Of a stretch of 64,000 bases of DNA, positions 12,491-26,039 are shown piece by piece. The notes below the pieces were generated by a model. That model was not told the origin of the DNA. It was given only the letters and a program-made list of their open reading frames with translations, and made no database searches. The stretch lies in assembly GCA_036172245.1 (NCBI GenBank), contig JAYWIR010000024.1:434001-498000 (forward strand), in the 5' to 3' direction. Made by a program: the position numbers and the translations under genes. Position 1 is the stretch's first letter; each line of letters opens with the position of its first letter. The DNA comes from Raillietiella orientalis (lineage: Eukaryota).

Positions 12491-15400
12491 AAATGCATGT
12501 TATTTTTGAACTATGCCCCCTAAAGTAAGTTTATAAAATTTTAAAGAACAGCATCAAATGTGGGTATAAAGTGGCTGACTTCTTGCAGCATAGGATATGA
12601 TTATTGAGTAGTTTACGTTACACTTCTCAATAATATCCTATCCATTATGGAAGAAAAGATGTTTGGTTTGTAAATCTACAGTGCAATATCATATTATTTT
12701 AAAGTGATATTACGAATGATGAAAAGTATTCCACAAGATAAGGTGAGGAGACATTTATATATGCTTCCTTCTTTCGCGTGTTGAAAATTTTCAGCAGCAA
12801 AAAAGAAAAAAAAAATCTGTTGATCTCTGTTACAATTTCAAGTAGTAGTTTTGTGCAAGTTCAATGTTGTTTTTTAAAAAACGAAAAAGTTTCATAAAAT
12901 CATTAGAGAGACTTGCATTAAGATATTTACTCATATTACATCTGATTTCGTGTTTCATTTGTACTTACAAATCTCATTACACCGTGAACCGGATTTAATT
13001 TTATTCTTGTACCTTGCTGAATAGGAGTTTTGATATACTGGATCATTACGAAGTTTTTTTTTTTTTTTCCTGAAAATTGTAGTATGTAATGTCATGTATC
13101 ACAGGAGGAGTGTGCTAATGAAGGCACACACCTTTATGATTTTGATTTTGGGGAGGATCCGTGATATGCATACATTGAGTACGTTTACCTTGATATGTTT
13201 ACAGTGTATTTATTTTTTTATAATAAGAATGTGTGATTAAAGATTTTCTGACCTATACATTTGAATAATTTCAAAGCATTTCGATTTGGAAAGTAACAAG
13301 TCGTGAACCTCCCAAGTTGAGAGTTTTGTGAATCAAATAGTCATCACTGTTTTCCTTCTTTTGTTTATTTGTGGCTTTGATGATAGTTAGTTCTATATGT
13401 TAGGCATGTATTTTTAGTACTTTCCACCACACCATATAGTTTATCGTATAATGAGAAATGCTGCATTAAATTGAGTCATAGCATAAAGACAGTATTTGAC
13501 TGTATTAAAGGCTTTACAGATGTGGGTGCATGAATAAGTTACATATTTAGTAAATATTCTTGCTCCCCAGAATGATGCAATATTCTCATTATGTGAATCA
13601 ATAATATGTATACACACTTGGAAAAATCTAAAAATGCACATCAGTTAATTATTTGGTGATTATTCAATACATTATTCAAAGGCTTATTAAAGCAAAATCC
13701 AATGCTGAACAACTTGTTACGGATCAGAACATTTTAGCCTGTCAAGAATTTATAGGAAACAAATAAAATGTATATTTAAACAAAAGTATCAAAAATTAGA
13801 AATGTATGATTTAGGAAAAGTTTTAAAGCTATTGTAAAAGAGCTCAAACATTTTGAAGACAGTTGAGAAAGTACCCTTTTTGTGTATGTTTTTGTTCTCA
13901 TTTCCCCATTATTTTAAGAGTAATGACACTTTGCATGTTTAAGAACTAAAGACTAGCCAATTTTGGGTGAATTGAAATGTATGCTTGGGAAACAAAAGAC
14001 TTCAAAATCATCCCAAAGTGAGAAATATAAGTTAGAATAGTGCAGAAGATACATTATGACTATGTATTGATTTCAGCTCAAAAGTGGATGGAAAGTATGT
14101 TATGAATAGCAAAGATTGTGTACTGTTTTTTTTTTAAAATGCTTAGTTGTGTCTTATGAAAAGTTTTGAAATCAGAAACACCTTTCTTCAAGTTTTTTTT
14201 CCTTCTTTTTTCTGTTAAGTTTTTAAGAATATTTAGAAAGCAACTTTATGTGATTATTTGAGAATAATGCAAAGTGTAATTATGGTAGAATTTTTCTTAG
14301 GAGCTTCCTATTTTTTCCTAGTGTTTGCCAGAAATTCAAAAGTTTACACATTTTTGTTAAAGTTCAAACATGATTTCAGAAATCGAAACCCAAATTAATT
14401 AGTAGAGATGGAAGTTGGTATTCTAGGACAAATAGTGAGAGACAAAACAGATCTTAGGGAGCATGCAAATTATGGTCCGTTGGAAAGAAATCTTTTTGAC
14501 CCAGTCCTGATTTCATACAATTGATTTCTCAGATGCAGTCTGAACTTGTATATCTGCATTTGCCACAACTGATGTTTTAGCTTCTCACTATGCTACTACT
14601 GAATTTTGTAAAACTGATCTGGATACCTATCGCAAACATAATCCGTGATAGAAAAGCATATGCATCAATTTGGTGATTAGCAGTGGAATTGCTGTTGATC
14701 TTCCAAGAGTAAAATCTGGAAAACTGAACATAAGTTGGCTATTTTTTGTTGGAACCACTGGTAGCATAGATAGTAGGTTTTACTCCGTAATTTTTTTAGT
14801 CAATCCACTGAATGCCATATTAAAAATGGAGTTTCAAATCAATTTAGGTCGAATATGTGATTTCAGGGATGTATGGTTGCTGTGGATTTGAATATAACTT
14901 GGTTGTGAAAAGATTGATTAAACATTAAGTATTTTTACATTAAACAGGAAAAAAAATTTCATTATGAACTCGAAATTTTGAAAAGCACTGATCCTAAGAA
15001 AAGCAAGCATTTTTAAAACCTGTCATAAAAGAAAACAGTAACTGTAGGCATTTGAGGTATCTTATCTTGCAATATGACATTTTGCAAGAAACAGAAGACT
15101 GAACAAACTGGAGTAAAGTAAATCATTAAATACATCTTCCTTCATTATGCAGACATGCATGTAAACTACTCACAAACCAAAAGCATTGATTGACATGTTT
15201 TCCAAGAATGTCCTATTGTAGAGATTGATAAGATAGCCTACTAGTACTTAAGAAAACGCCTTAATTAATAAGCATTGTGTTATACTGTTGATTCAAATTT
15301 TTCGGTAACGTTGTATAAATAAAAAAAAAGATTGATAAATAAAAAGTCTTTCTCCTGGAATGTTTGGAACTTACTCAAAGTTAAGTTTTTCATACAAGTA

Positions 15401-16113
15401 TGTTTTTATACTGTTTTTGTATTTGCACTTTTAATAAACAGTCAAATAATGTTGCTGTGTTGTGTGCATAGATTTGCTTGCGACTTATATTGGTATCTGG
15501 GAAAACAAAAGAATTTTTATTCAGTCCAACTGATTCAGCTGGTGACATAGCTCAATACATATTTGATAATTGGCCAGATGGTAAGTAATTAGAATCATTT
15601 GTACAAAGAGTCTTTGAATATTTATTATAGAATGGGAGGATGAAGCAGTAGCTAAATCAGAAATTCTTCGATTAATATATCAAGGTCGTTTTCTCCATTG
15701 CAATGTAACTTTAGCAGCATTGGGTCTATCGCTTGGCAAGACCACAGTCATGCATCTTGTGCCAAGGGAAACTGTTCCAGAACCCAATTCTCAAGGTCAG
15801 TTTTTTCTTTTCTCATTTGGTATGCTCTGTTGTTGAAAGCAGATCAGCAGCAGAATAGCAAACGAACGGAGAGCCGTTGTTGTGGCCAGTCATCTTGTGC
15901 ACTCTTCTAAATATTTTGTTAGTGTATTTGTAGGAGCACAATGACATGCACTGCAATACGATATAGGTGGGCCATCACCACGTGATAAAGTACTGGAAAA
16001 AAGCTTATGGCTCCAGGAGGAATGTTAATACTTGAGAAAAAAAAAAAATTTTTTTTAAGATTAAAAAGAAAAATACAATTGGTACTCCATAGAAATATAT
16101 TGATTAACGCATT

Positions 16114-19100
16114 TTAAGGTCTACGACTTTCTTTAATAGCTTTCCATATACGTAGTTCCTCAGACCCACTGAAAGATTTGATGAAATGTAGTAACTCTAG
16201 TTTAATATATTACTGTACCGAAGGTTAAGTCTCTGCAGGTCATCTCTTTCCATCAGTTGCAGCACATCTTTCAATGAGTATTCCTCATTCACAAACTACA
16301 TACATAATATAAACAGCTTGTCTAACTTTACTCACTTTTTGTATTGATGCTGCCTTAACACCGAGATTTTGAAGCCACTGTACCAAATTAATATCACATT
16401 TTGTAGTTACTTCTGATTGATTGGAGATCGCATGTAGGGTATGTGTTTGTACTTCCAGTACAAAACTTTGCAGAGCATCTAGATAAGCTTTCTCATTCTC
16501 AACCAACTGCTGAAGCAAGCTAGGGAAAATTGCATGCATGTAACCATCCAAAACACAAATCCTACCAAAGATTTTCAGCACGCAGTGCCTGCAGCTGTTT
16601 AAGTGCTAACTGTTTATTTGTTGGAATCACAGACTGTATAGAATAAACAGTAGAAACACCAGAAGTTGATTCTTCCTCATGCACATCAGCATGTGGTGAA
16701 AGATATTCAACAAGATTATGTTTTGGCATTTGCTGAAAATCTAAAAACAATATTACATAGCAAAACATAAAATGAGCACCAGGTGAGAGCGAAGAAACAG
16801 CTGCTTGGATAGTCTTCCGTACAAGATCATCAAGAGCAAATATCCAGTGAGGTTTGATGCACAAAGAACGAAGCACAATCCTAACCTACAACTCAAGTAG
16901 GAAACATAATTAATATGTTCAGTCTGACCGCTTCCTGAAAGAGGCACACACACTTCGTCAGATCTTTTGACAGTGGCACAAGAGTAGACAACTGATCCAT
17001 GACTTTCATTAAAGGCTGTCCATTCTGGTCACTAATATAATCATGCATAGCTTCCAGCAACAAATGCAGATCTGTCTACTAGCCACAGTGACATACAGTG
17101 TGATACACGCTTGCACTCACTGTTGTAAGACAATTAGTGGGTAATTTTTGCTGGATGTGTTGAAGCCAAATATCACAAATCTAAATAACAGATGTTGAGA
17201 GACAGTTGGCATCAAGAATCTGAACCTTTTGTGTATCCTGACGTAAAACATGAATTAAAAAACTGCGCCTCTCTGAATCCTTTCTGAGAACGTAAAAGTG
17301 ATCATCTGATCGAAGTTGTTCTCCTTCTGTGCTGAAGTTATTGATTGAACTACGTCTGAATGGCAAGAATTCATCATGTTCTTGACTGCAATAAGAACGT
17401 CTCATAAAACGGGACAAATAAAATACGTTACATCTCTTCAGGTTTGAAAATTTCTGGGAGTGACCTCTGTCTCTCTGCAGGCATACTAATGCTATGCTGA
17501 AGTTCTGGTACAATTCCCACCAGAGCTTTCCGGCGATACTGACTGTGCATGTTGAGAATCTTATACAAACAACATGAGAGCTCACTCATTCTGAAGAAAG
17601 AGATCATCAAGTAATTCTGTAGCAGTGGCTCTGTTTTCTGGATTTGGCTCAAAACAACGTAAGATAAAAGTTTTTGCTCTGTCACTAAGCTCAGATGGAA
17701 TTTCTGGGCACAGTTTATAATATGCGACCTTAAACATAGCTGCCTCAGGGCATCCTAATTCTGCAAACGGTGGCTGTCCTGTGGCCATCTCTACTACAGT
17801 GCAACCAAGAGACCATATGTCTGCCTACATAGAAGTAGCTCCAACATCATTTATGGCAGTCAAAATTTACCGGAGCACCATAGCCATCTTGAGCTTTTTC
17901 AATAACTTCGGGAGCCATATACTGAGGTGTACCAGCAAAAGTTTTAGTGGACATGAAGATTCCAGCAAGTCTCTTAGAAGTACCAAAATCTGAGATCTTG
18001 ACAACGCCATTGTACGTATTCACCAAAACATTGTCACCTGGATAATTTGTCATTAGTAACAATGACAGTCAAGACCTATTTCTCACCTTTAATGTCACGA
18101 TGTACTATTTTCTGATCATGCAAATATTTCAAGCCTTCCAAAATCTGCCGTGTGTACGATGCAATTGTGGCTTCATTTTCTTTTAAAGGGCCCCACTTAG
18201 AACGGAGTAATGTGGATAAACTGCCTATTCAAACAAGTTTGACAGCAAATAATTTAGACCAGAACTTACCACCAGGAACACGTTCCATGAAAATTTTGAA
18301 GTAATTTCCTTCTGATGCAGAACCAAGATATTGAACAATATTACGATGACGTAAATGAGAATGCAGGTGGATTTCTTCATGAAGTAATTGAATTTCGCTA
18401 CCTCTGTGAAAACAATAGATTTCTGATTTTTATGCTACAATATACCCTAAGTTGTTCTCTGGCACTTCTTTGATAGCAATCCGCACTTGATTGTTAAGAT
18501 CCCAAGCTGCATATACTATGCCAAAAGTGCCACGTCCTAATACTATAGCTTTCCCTGCATCATCATATTCATAATCATACTAGATCTCAATCAGACAGGG
18601 TTTCTATGCAGTATGACTAACTTTAATTGGCTGTCTGTACTCCCTGTTCAAATCCAACAAGACACCAGGCTGATCAGCTGTCAACTCAAACATGAGGCTG
18701 TGGAATCGTGCACAACTTTTTACAGAAGGTAAAAAGAGCTGGAAGTCCTCTGCACTTTGATGAATATACAGAAAAATACAGCGTTCATCATTTTTGTACA
18801 GACTAAAAGATAAATCAAATAGAAACTGAAGGACTTAATGACTGTTACCTTAATCCTTTAATCTGCGACATCTTAAATAAGAACTCTGATTGCTGATCAT
18901 GGCACTGATATTTAACATCCAAATGCCACAGTTTAAGGGATTTTTCTTCATCATCTAGATTCACAGTAATGTAAGAAGGAACATATACTTTGTCTTGACG
19001 GAGATGAAGAATAGGGAAATGAATCATTGTTTCTACATTGTCATTGACAGCTTCCATAAAATAATCCATCCAAAAATTAAATATCTGCTTTTCAGGTGTA

Positions 19101-22100
19101 GTGTGCAATTTCTCGGTTTTTCTGAATTTCGTAATCAAGAGAATATTGCCAATTGTGGAATTCAAATACCTACAGAAAACATAGGTAAAAAAGAAGAAGA
19201 TATGTGCCTCATTACCAAATAGGTGGTTTTAATTTGAACATGCATTCAGCAGCCTGAATGGCTTTTCCATAATCTTCATCAAGTACAGAGATCTCAAAAA
19301 AAGTAGCCACATCCCAGTAATTGTGTAAAGTAGTCAGGCTACCTTTCTTGCCTATCAAATTATTCAATATAAGTCCTAGAAAGAATAAAATAACGAGCAT
19401 AATGAACTTCTCTAACAAACCTATATGCTGCAGTTCAAGAGAAGTGGCAAAGTCATTTCCCACAATTACTAACAAGGTAGCCAAATTTATACCAGCATAC
19501 TCATTGGGTTGCATTTGAAATCCTCTCCGATACCAGTAGGTAGCATTTTCCAATGCAACTTTGTCTTGGTAACCAGACTCAACAAATCTAACGAATTGCG
19601 GTGTCAGAATTCTTTTAGCACAAGCATACAATGATGTCAACTTACTTGTCTTTGTAGATACGTCCTAACAAACATATCATATCCTGTACTGGATCTTCAA
19701 TACTACTTACAACTTTCTGCATAATTTCTAAAGCTCTCTCACGGTCTCTCTTATTATTACGTCTAAATTATTGGTGAGAACTTACTGTTAAAGCATGCCT
19801 ACCGATTTAAAGCAAATGCATATAAGTACTTGATAGTAGGTATTTCTAAATATTTTTGAGTTTGTGGTACTTGGGAAAGATCATCCACAAGTTGTACCAT
19901 GCCATCATAATCCTAGAAGCAAATATCAATCTAAACATTACAAATTTTCTGGGCTATGCACTAACAAAAAGAAAATATTGTACAGAAATGATAAAGCAAA
20001 TTGTGAGAAACTGAAGTATCTCTAGAATCACCTTTCTTAGAAATAAAAACAAAAAATGTGTACAGATGTCCCCATTATTAAGATTTCCCCAAATTATAGA
20101 AAAACTATTTCACTAAATATGTTTCCTTTAAAAAAGGCAATCTTGGAATGACCCAAATTCAGTGCCAGTTTTCTATATTACGAATGTTACACGACTCTTT
20201 GACATGATTGACAATAAAACTCAAAGAAAATTAAAAGGCAGATTACTAAAAATAATCAAAATAAGCAAAATTTAATACCTTAAGAAAAGCTTAATGTGGA
20301 CCAACAATTGGTAAACTTAAACCAAGGATATAGCTTATTTTGCAGTCTTAAGGAACATTGTATATATATATTTTTGAAGATCTCACAAATTGGCTTTCAA
20401 TTTATCTATTTTTTTACAACATTACTGCACTTCAAAAACTGTTGTATTTCCTAAGTTTCACTTAAGCGTATTACATGCCATTTGGTATACTATGTTTTTG
20501 AATATCAAATGCAATTGAAATTCCCTTAGTTTATAACAATATTCTTAAAAGCAACACAGTTCTGTACCAATTTCTGCAATCACCATTTTTTATAATTCCT
20601 CACATATAATTAATTTTATGGATTATAACTCAACTATTCTTGAGATTTTGTTCACAATAGTTTTGTGAGCTGCAATAAACATTATCCACGTCGAATCACA
20701 ATTGAGCTATCATGTTGCCCAATATTTGTCATGCTTTTACTGTTTTTAAGTAGATTAGACAAGTGTTGCTGAACTGTCTTGTTACTGTTGCAGACTTGCA
20801 GAGTTTCGTTCAGATACAGAAAAAATTTGTGCAACAAAATCTTTTACATTTCTTATGGCTATTTTTCCATCCAGTGTGAAATTTCCTGATATACAAAAGA
20901 TTTTAATAGGATTCTTCACTTTCTTAGATTTCAAATTATTGCCATATGCTGTATCTGCTTTCAATGCTAGGCAAGAATTTCTGATCTGTGCTTCCTTTTA
21001 CACTATAAACACACTGTTACTTACAAGAATTACACCCTTGACACTAACCATGAATTTCTAGCAGAACCTTGGTTATACCTATTTGCTTTCAATTTTTGAG
21101 ATGCTCATCATTCCCACATACATTACTGCACTGATAAACTCATTTTGTTTTTATCAAGAAAATTCGACATTTTCACAGAATTAAATGCACATCTTCAACA
21201 TAACTATCAATTTAATTCAAAGCAAATTCACATTGACAGGGGTGAAAAATGCTTTATTAACCTCAACTTCCATGCATATCCTAATTTTCAGAGATCAAAC
21301 CCTCTTTAGAAAACAGATGTCCACAACTGTTATAGAAAAAAAAATTACATAAGCATCGTAATGTATTAAATTGGAATTTTGATCTAATGTTAATCTATAT
21401 GACACCAAAATGATTCTCAGTCACATGATTCTTCATACAAGAAAATCAGTTATTAATTTGACCGTAAATATCATTAACAATGAAAATACTTCAATCTAGG
21501 AGAATGATCAAAGAATCCCTTACTAAATATAAAATACAATACTGAATCCAAAGCTAGCTATATACACAAAGTACTTAATCCAACATACCACAGGAATTTT
21601 TTTGCTTTTTAAAATCCAACTACAAATCAAAATCAAAGCTTTTACTAACAAATGAAAATTATGACTTTTTTGCATGTAACTAATATTAATTATCCCCTCT
21701 AGAAAGATTTATGTAACGAAAATGCATTATTAATTATACATTTAGTAGACTGCAGTACACTACAGATTATGATACAAACAAATGCAATTAATACACATGA
21801 CAATGAACTAATAATGCTTCATAAGACTGTAACAATTAAAAATCCACAAAAAATTCTAACCTGAATCTCTCGAAAGGAAAGCAACATATTCAGAAGGACA
21901 TCACCAGACAAAAGGTTTGGATCATCCAACCTTTTTCTAAAGTTATGCATAACTTTACTTAAAGCTTCACCAGAATAATTTTCTCGGGCTTTTCTTAATT
22001 CTTCTATAAACCTTTCTTTCATGTATGCCCTAAAAATAGAAAAAGGCTACATAGAAACTAACTTTCACACCAAAATGTTATGTAACATTCACAAAACTGC

Positions 22101-23929
22101 ATGGAAAAATATTTTGAACTTACTTGGACTGGATTTCAACATCTTGCAAGAGCTTCTGCAAGCAAATATGTAAACGTATAAGTGACTCACTTCCCTCTTG
22201 GAAAACATAATTTTTAATTTCAGTAACTACACAAACTCCATCATCATTTGTTTTGTAAAACATGAAAGGATAATTCATACAGGAAAGCTGCATTATAAAC
22301 ACTATCAATCTACTAATTATGGTGCACTTTTGCTACCTTCAATTGCTTTGTTTTGTCTTCATCTGAATCATTGTATATTAAAACATTTTTTGTCATTCCA
22401 AAACTTTCACGTACACCCAAATGATAAAACAAACTTCGCTGTTGTATTTCAAATGATAGATCAATCAACACGATGTCAGCATTATAAAAAAAATCCAAAA
22501 CATTTGTTTCACCAAAATCCAATTTTTCAAACTGGAAATTTAATTCAGAATTAGAAACAGGAAAAACAGTCAAATATAAAATATAAAAAATCGCAGCAAC
22601 AAATTTACAGTCAAATAACTTCTATACTTCAATTCATAATTCATGATTAGTATTCGCGATAAGTTTACAAAAGCAAATATTTCTACCATCTGCAAAACAT
22701 CATGTTGCATGGAATTTGGCAATGTATGAAAATAATCATCAAAGCTTTTAACTATAATTGACTTACTCATAGAAAACACATTTTTGAAAAACTTAAAACC
22801 ACTTAAAAATTCCCAAGAGAAAAAGCACTTCATATGGAAAGAGAACACTAATATAACCTGACAATGAAGCATTTAGGATTTATTTTATTTGGTGCCTTAT
22901 GAGAATATGACAGTAAGAATATGATGCAAACTTGTTAGGAAGTCATCTGACTTCCAAACAAGCTTTCCGATAAAGGTTGATAACTTTTCATTAATATTAA
23001 ATTCATTCTGAACAGCATTCAGCTCCCATTCAGTTGCTGGCTGAATTCTTTATTCATTAAACAAGCAATATTGTCTTATTAAAATAACAATACACAGATC
23101 ATACAGATTGCTCCAATCAGTCAAATTTAAATAATTCTATTTTTTTAAAGTTCCCAAGCAGATAATCAAAAGCTGGATGAGAAGAATTCATATCTAATCC
23201 TTTCTAGTGCAAAAATCTAATGCTCCCACTGGTTTACTATTACTTTCTAGCAATCATGCACATCTGAAGAGCCCACCATAATAACTCACTTTATTAACTG
23301 TAAAAAGTAATCCTTTTTTTAATATTGTGGTTACATTAAAATATTGTTTATTAAATGCTATCACTACATCTTTTGAATATCCCTCTTGTTTACTGAATTT
23401 GATTTTGGTTTTCTCAACAAATTTTATTATATACAAAATAATATTACAACAGCCAAATATCACATAAACAGGATTTCCTTGACAATTATCACTGAGATTA
23501 ACTTTCGCTTCCACTTAAAATCTTAATTTTTATGAACTTAGGAAGTTATAGATATTTCACGGCCAAATCCTATCAGTGATTCCTCGACAATCAAATAAAC
23601 TAAATTCTATATTTGCAACAAAGAACAGCCTACATTTGAATGATTTTTTTATTACTGGATCTTTTAATAATATTATACATATATATACATTTATAGAATA
23701 AACAGACTATAATCAAGGCAATGAAAAATTATACAATGTATTAAAAGTCCAGTAGCAAAATCATGGGAAAAAAAAATAAAGATTGTTATCGAAAGTACTA
23801 AAACTGTACTTGTATATGAGTACATCCTAGATTAACATTGGAACAGGCAAGTTGAATCTCTTGGAAGGCTTGTTTTCTCTGATTCTGATTTTCTGGGAGT
23901 ATTAGATCAATCAAACAAACCATTTCCAT
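16114..23929 (-). CDS. MAP3K5: ASK1/MAP3K5-MAP3K15 family MAP kinase kinase kinase (NSY-1/Ask1-like) with N-terminal regulatory region, kinase domain and C-terminal SAM-like domain
   Basis: Exons (-): 23929-23810, 22531-22337, 22287-22124, 22029-21861, 19912-19803, 19762-19646, 19587-19421, 19375-19216, 19169-18849, 18802-18622, 18579-18446, 18397(or 18403)-18270, 18224-18087, 18037-17871, 17824-17586, 17542-17432, 17385-17226, 17180-17121, 17075-16929, 16885-16780, 16740-16566, 16519-16336, 16295-16219, 16168-16114 (TAA). Motifs: [106 protein letters not shown]. Confidence 0.96.
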
Positions 23930-26039
23930 TATCGAAAACTTGGAAGTTAACGTTGGATGTGAATCATTATAGCTACTCAGTGCTGTTCCAGGATTTTGAA
24001 ATTACTGTCTGAACCCTTTACCTCAAACCTATGATAAAAATTTCCGTTTTATAATTACTCTGATCACTTGAAATAATGTGATACTCACACATTTCTAAAA
24101 GCAAGTCAGTCGTTTTGGGTACAAAAAAAGGCTGTTATTCTACATCCCATGCATCTGCTGTGAACAGCTCCGTAAGCTCTAAATTCGTGAAACCAATTTC
24201 AAGGTCAATCTGCATCCTTCTACCATATCATTCCCTTAAAAAAAAATTCAAACCTTCGTTTTGGAAAACAAAAAAACTGCAATTTTGGAGAAAGCTCGGC
24301 AAAGTGCTCTTGGTCGAAAAGTACTTGCAATTGCTTTCTACATTTGAAGGTATATATACTTTACTCAAGTGATCAAATGTATGAGCACTTCAAAACGCAA
24401 ACGTCCATTTCAATAATTTACATTTACAAAAATGAACAAATGTTTACAGTTCCCAGTTTTAACCAGCAAACTGTTTTATACACTAATAATTTTCCAAACG
24501 AACAAAAAAATAAACGTTGATCCTTTTATAGTAATTAATTTTATTTTTTATATTTCGATAGGTTTCGGCATCCATGAAAATCAAATAATTTTTGAGTCAC
24601 TTTTTCGATTTAAAGCGATTGCATTTATTATTCCCCACTTACAATGCAGAGAATTTTGATTGATGGTTTCTATGATTGAAAAAATGCTAAATCAGAGCTT
24701 TGATGCTTGAAACTTGTAGATATGAGAATAGAAAATTAAAAAATCATAGGAATGCATTTTTATGCATCATGAGTTTATGATAACTATTCACACCACGTAA
24801 CTGATGTAATTCCTAAACCATGTTTACACGTATTTAATAACAGAAAAATCTGAAGGAAAGGAGATATAAAAAATTCAGACAAGCACAGTGGAATCCAAAA
24901 CAAAAGGGTTTCTTGCAGGAAGCAAAGATGCTTATGACAATCGTAAAGATAATTTTTTGGGAACTCTCAAGCTTTGAATATCTTGTTGCCTAGCTTGTTA
25001 TAAGACTTCTCTTAAATGTCTTAAATACTGTCTGTGTCCATATGACTTGATCAAAGAATCCATAAGATTACAAATCCTACATGAAATTTCAAAGACAGGG
25101 GCTTCTTCACTCATGGAAAGAGTGAATCTACTCCCATTTCATCAGTTCTGTGACACTTTGCTTCATTTGAATTCAGCTTATGCACAACGCAACGTTTGGT
25201 TGCCTAGAGTTCATTACTTAAACGGCAAGCAAAGTTCAATATAGTTATTCGTCTATTTAGAATATGCATCGCATTACACAATTTGGAAAAAGGAGATTTG
25301 GATGTAACGCCATTATTATACCTCAAGTATCAGTGTCAATATTTAGTACATTTGGTGTTTACCTGTTACTTTTCACATCAATCAAAATCTTTGCTTCCCA
25401 CCTGGAAAGCAGTTTTGGTGTCTTTTTCTTTCACAATATGTGTGAATATTGCATTTTGTATTGCCATACGAAACATAGGCTGAGTCATATTCTACCATGG
25501 AAATTAAAATCTTCTAGGTGACTAAAATATTATTATTCGGATGCTTCTTAATGCTAAATTGCATACATGTTAGCAATTTGAAATCTTGTAATCTTTTTTT
25601 CTCCTTTCTAATGAGGCACTTTAATTATTTATCCCAGTCTCCATTTCAAAATTTCGTTGTTGACCAATAAATTGGAATCAAATACGTGATCAAAATATAC
25701 TTTACACAATAGTTTCTGTGCAACAAATGTAGAGAAAATATAAAGAAGAATATTACATGAGTTCAGAGAAATACAAATACAAGCTAGAAAATATATGCAA
25801 AAATTTTACATTTTCACAGTATGCACATGGAATCTCACATAAGTCTAATAGAAAATATGAATTGAAAATATCCAAATTAAATCGAAACTATCAAAAGAAA
25901 GTAACTAAAATATGTACTTTTTGGCTTTGAAAAAACTTTGCAATTACCCAAGAATTCTGATTTTCAATATATGTAATGAAGCGGATGTTTCCTTAAACAC
26001 TATTTTGTGATTTTCCCTAAGTCCTACAAGAGGTGGGTA

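Noticed and set aside
15640..16030. Coding-like - strand stretch downstream of ASK1 (TDLENWVLEQFPLAQDA...)
   Set aside because: Interrupted by stops in all frames and no family recognised.
24017..24028. GTTTGAGGTAAA on the - strand, like the SL1 RNA exon/intron junction
   Set aside because: The upstream leader does not match and no Sm site follows; better explained as ASK1 5' UTR splice signals.
25942..25952. AATTACCCAAG, 11-nt match to nematode SL1 near the retroelement
   Set aside because: Too short in an AT-rich context, lacks the SL ends and donor, and is not at the RLE-element junction.
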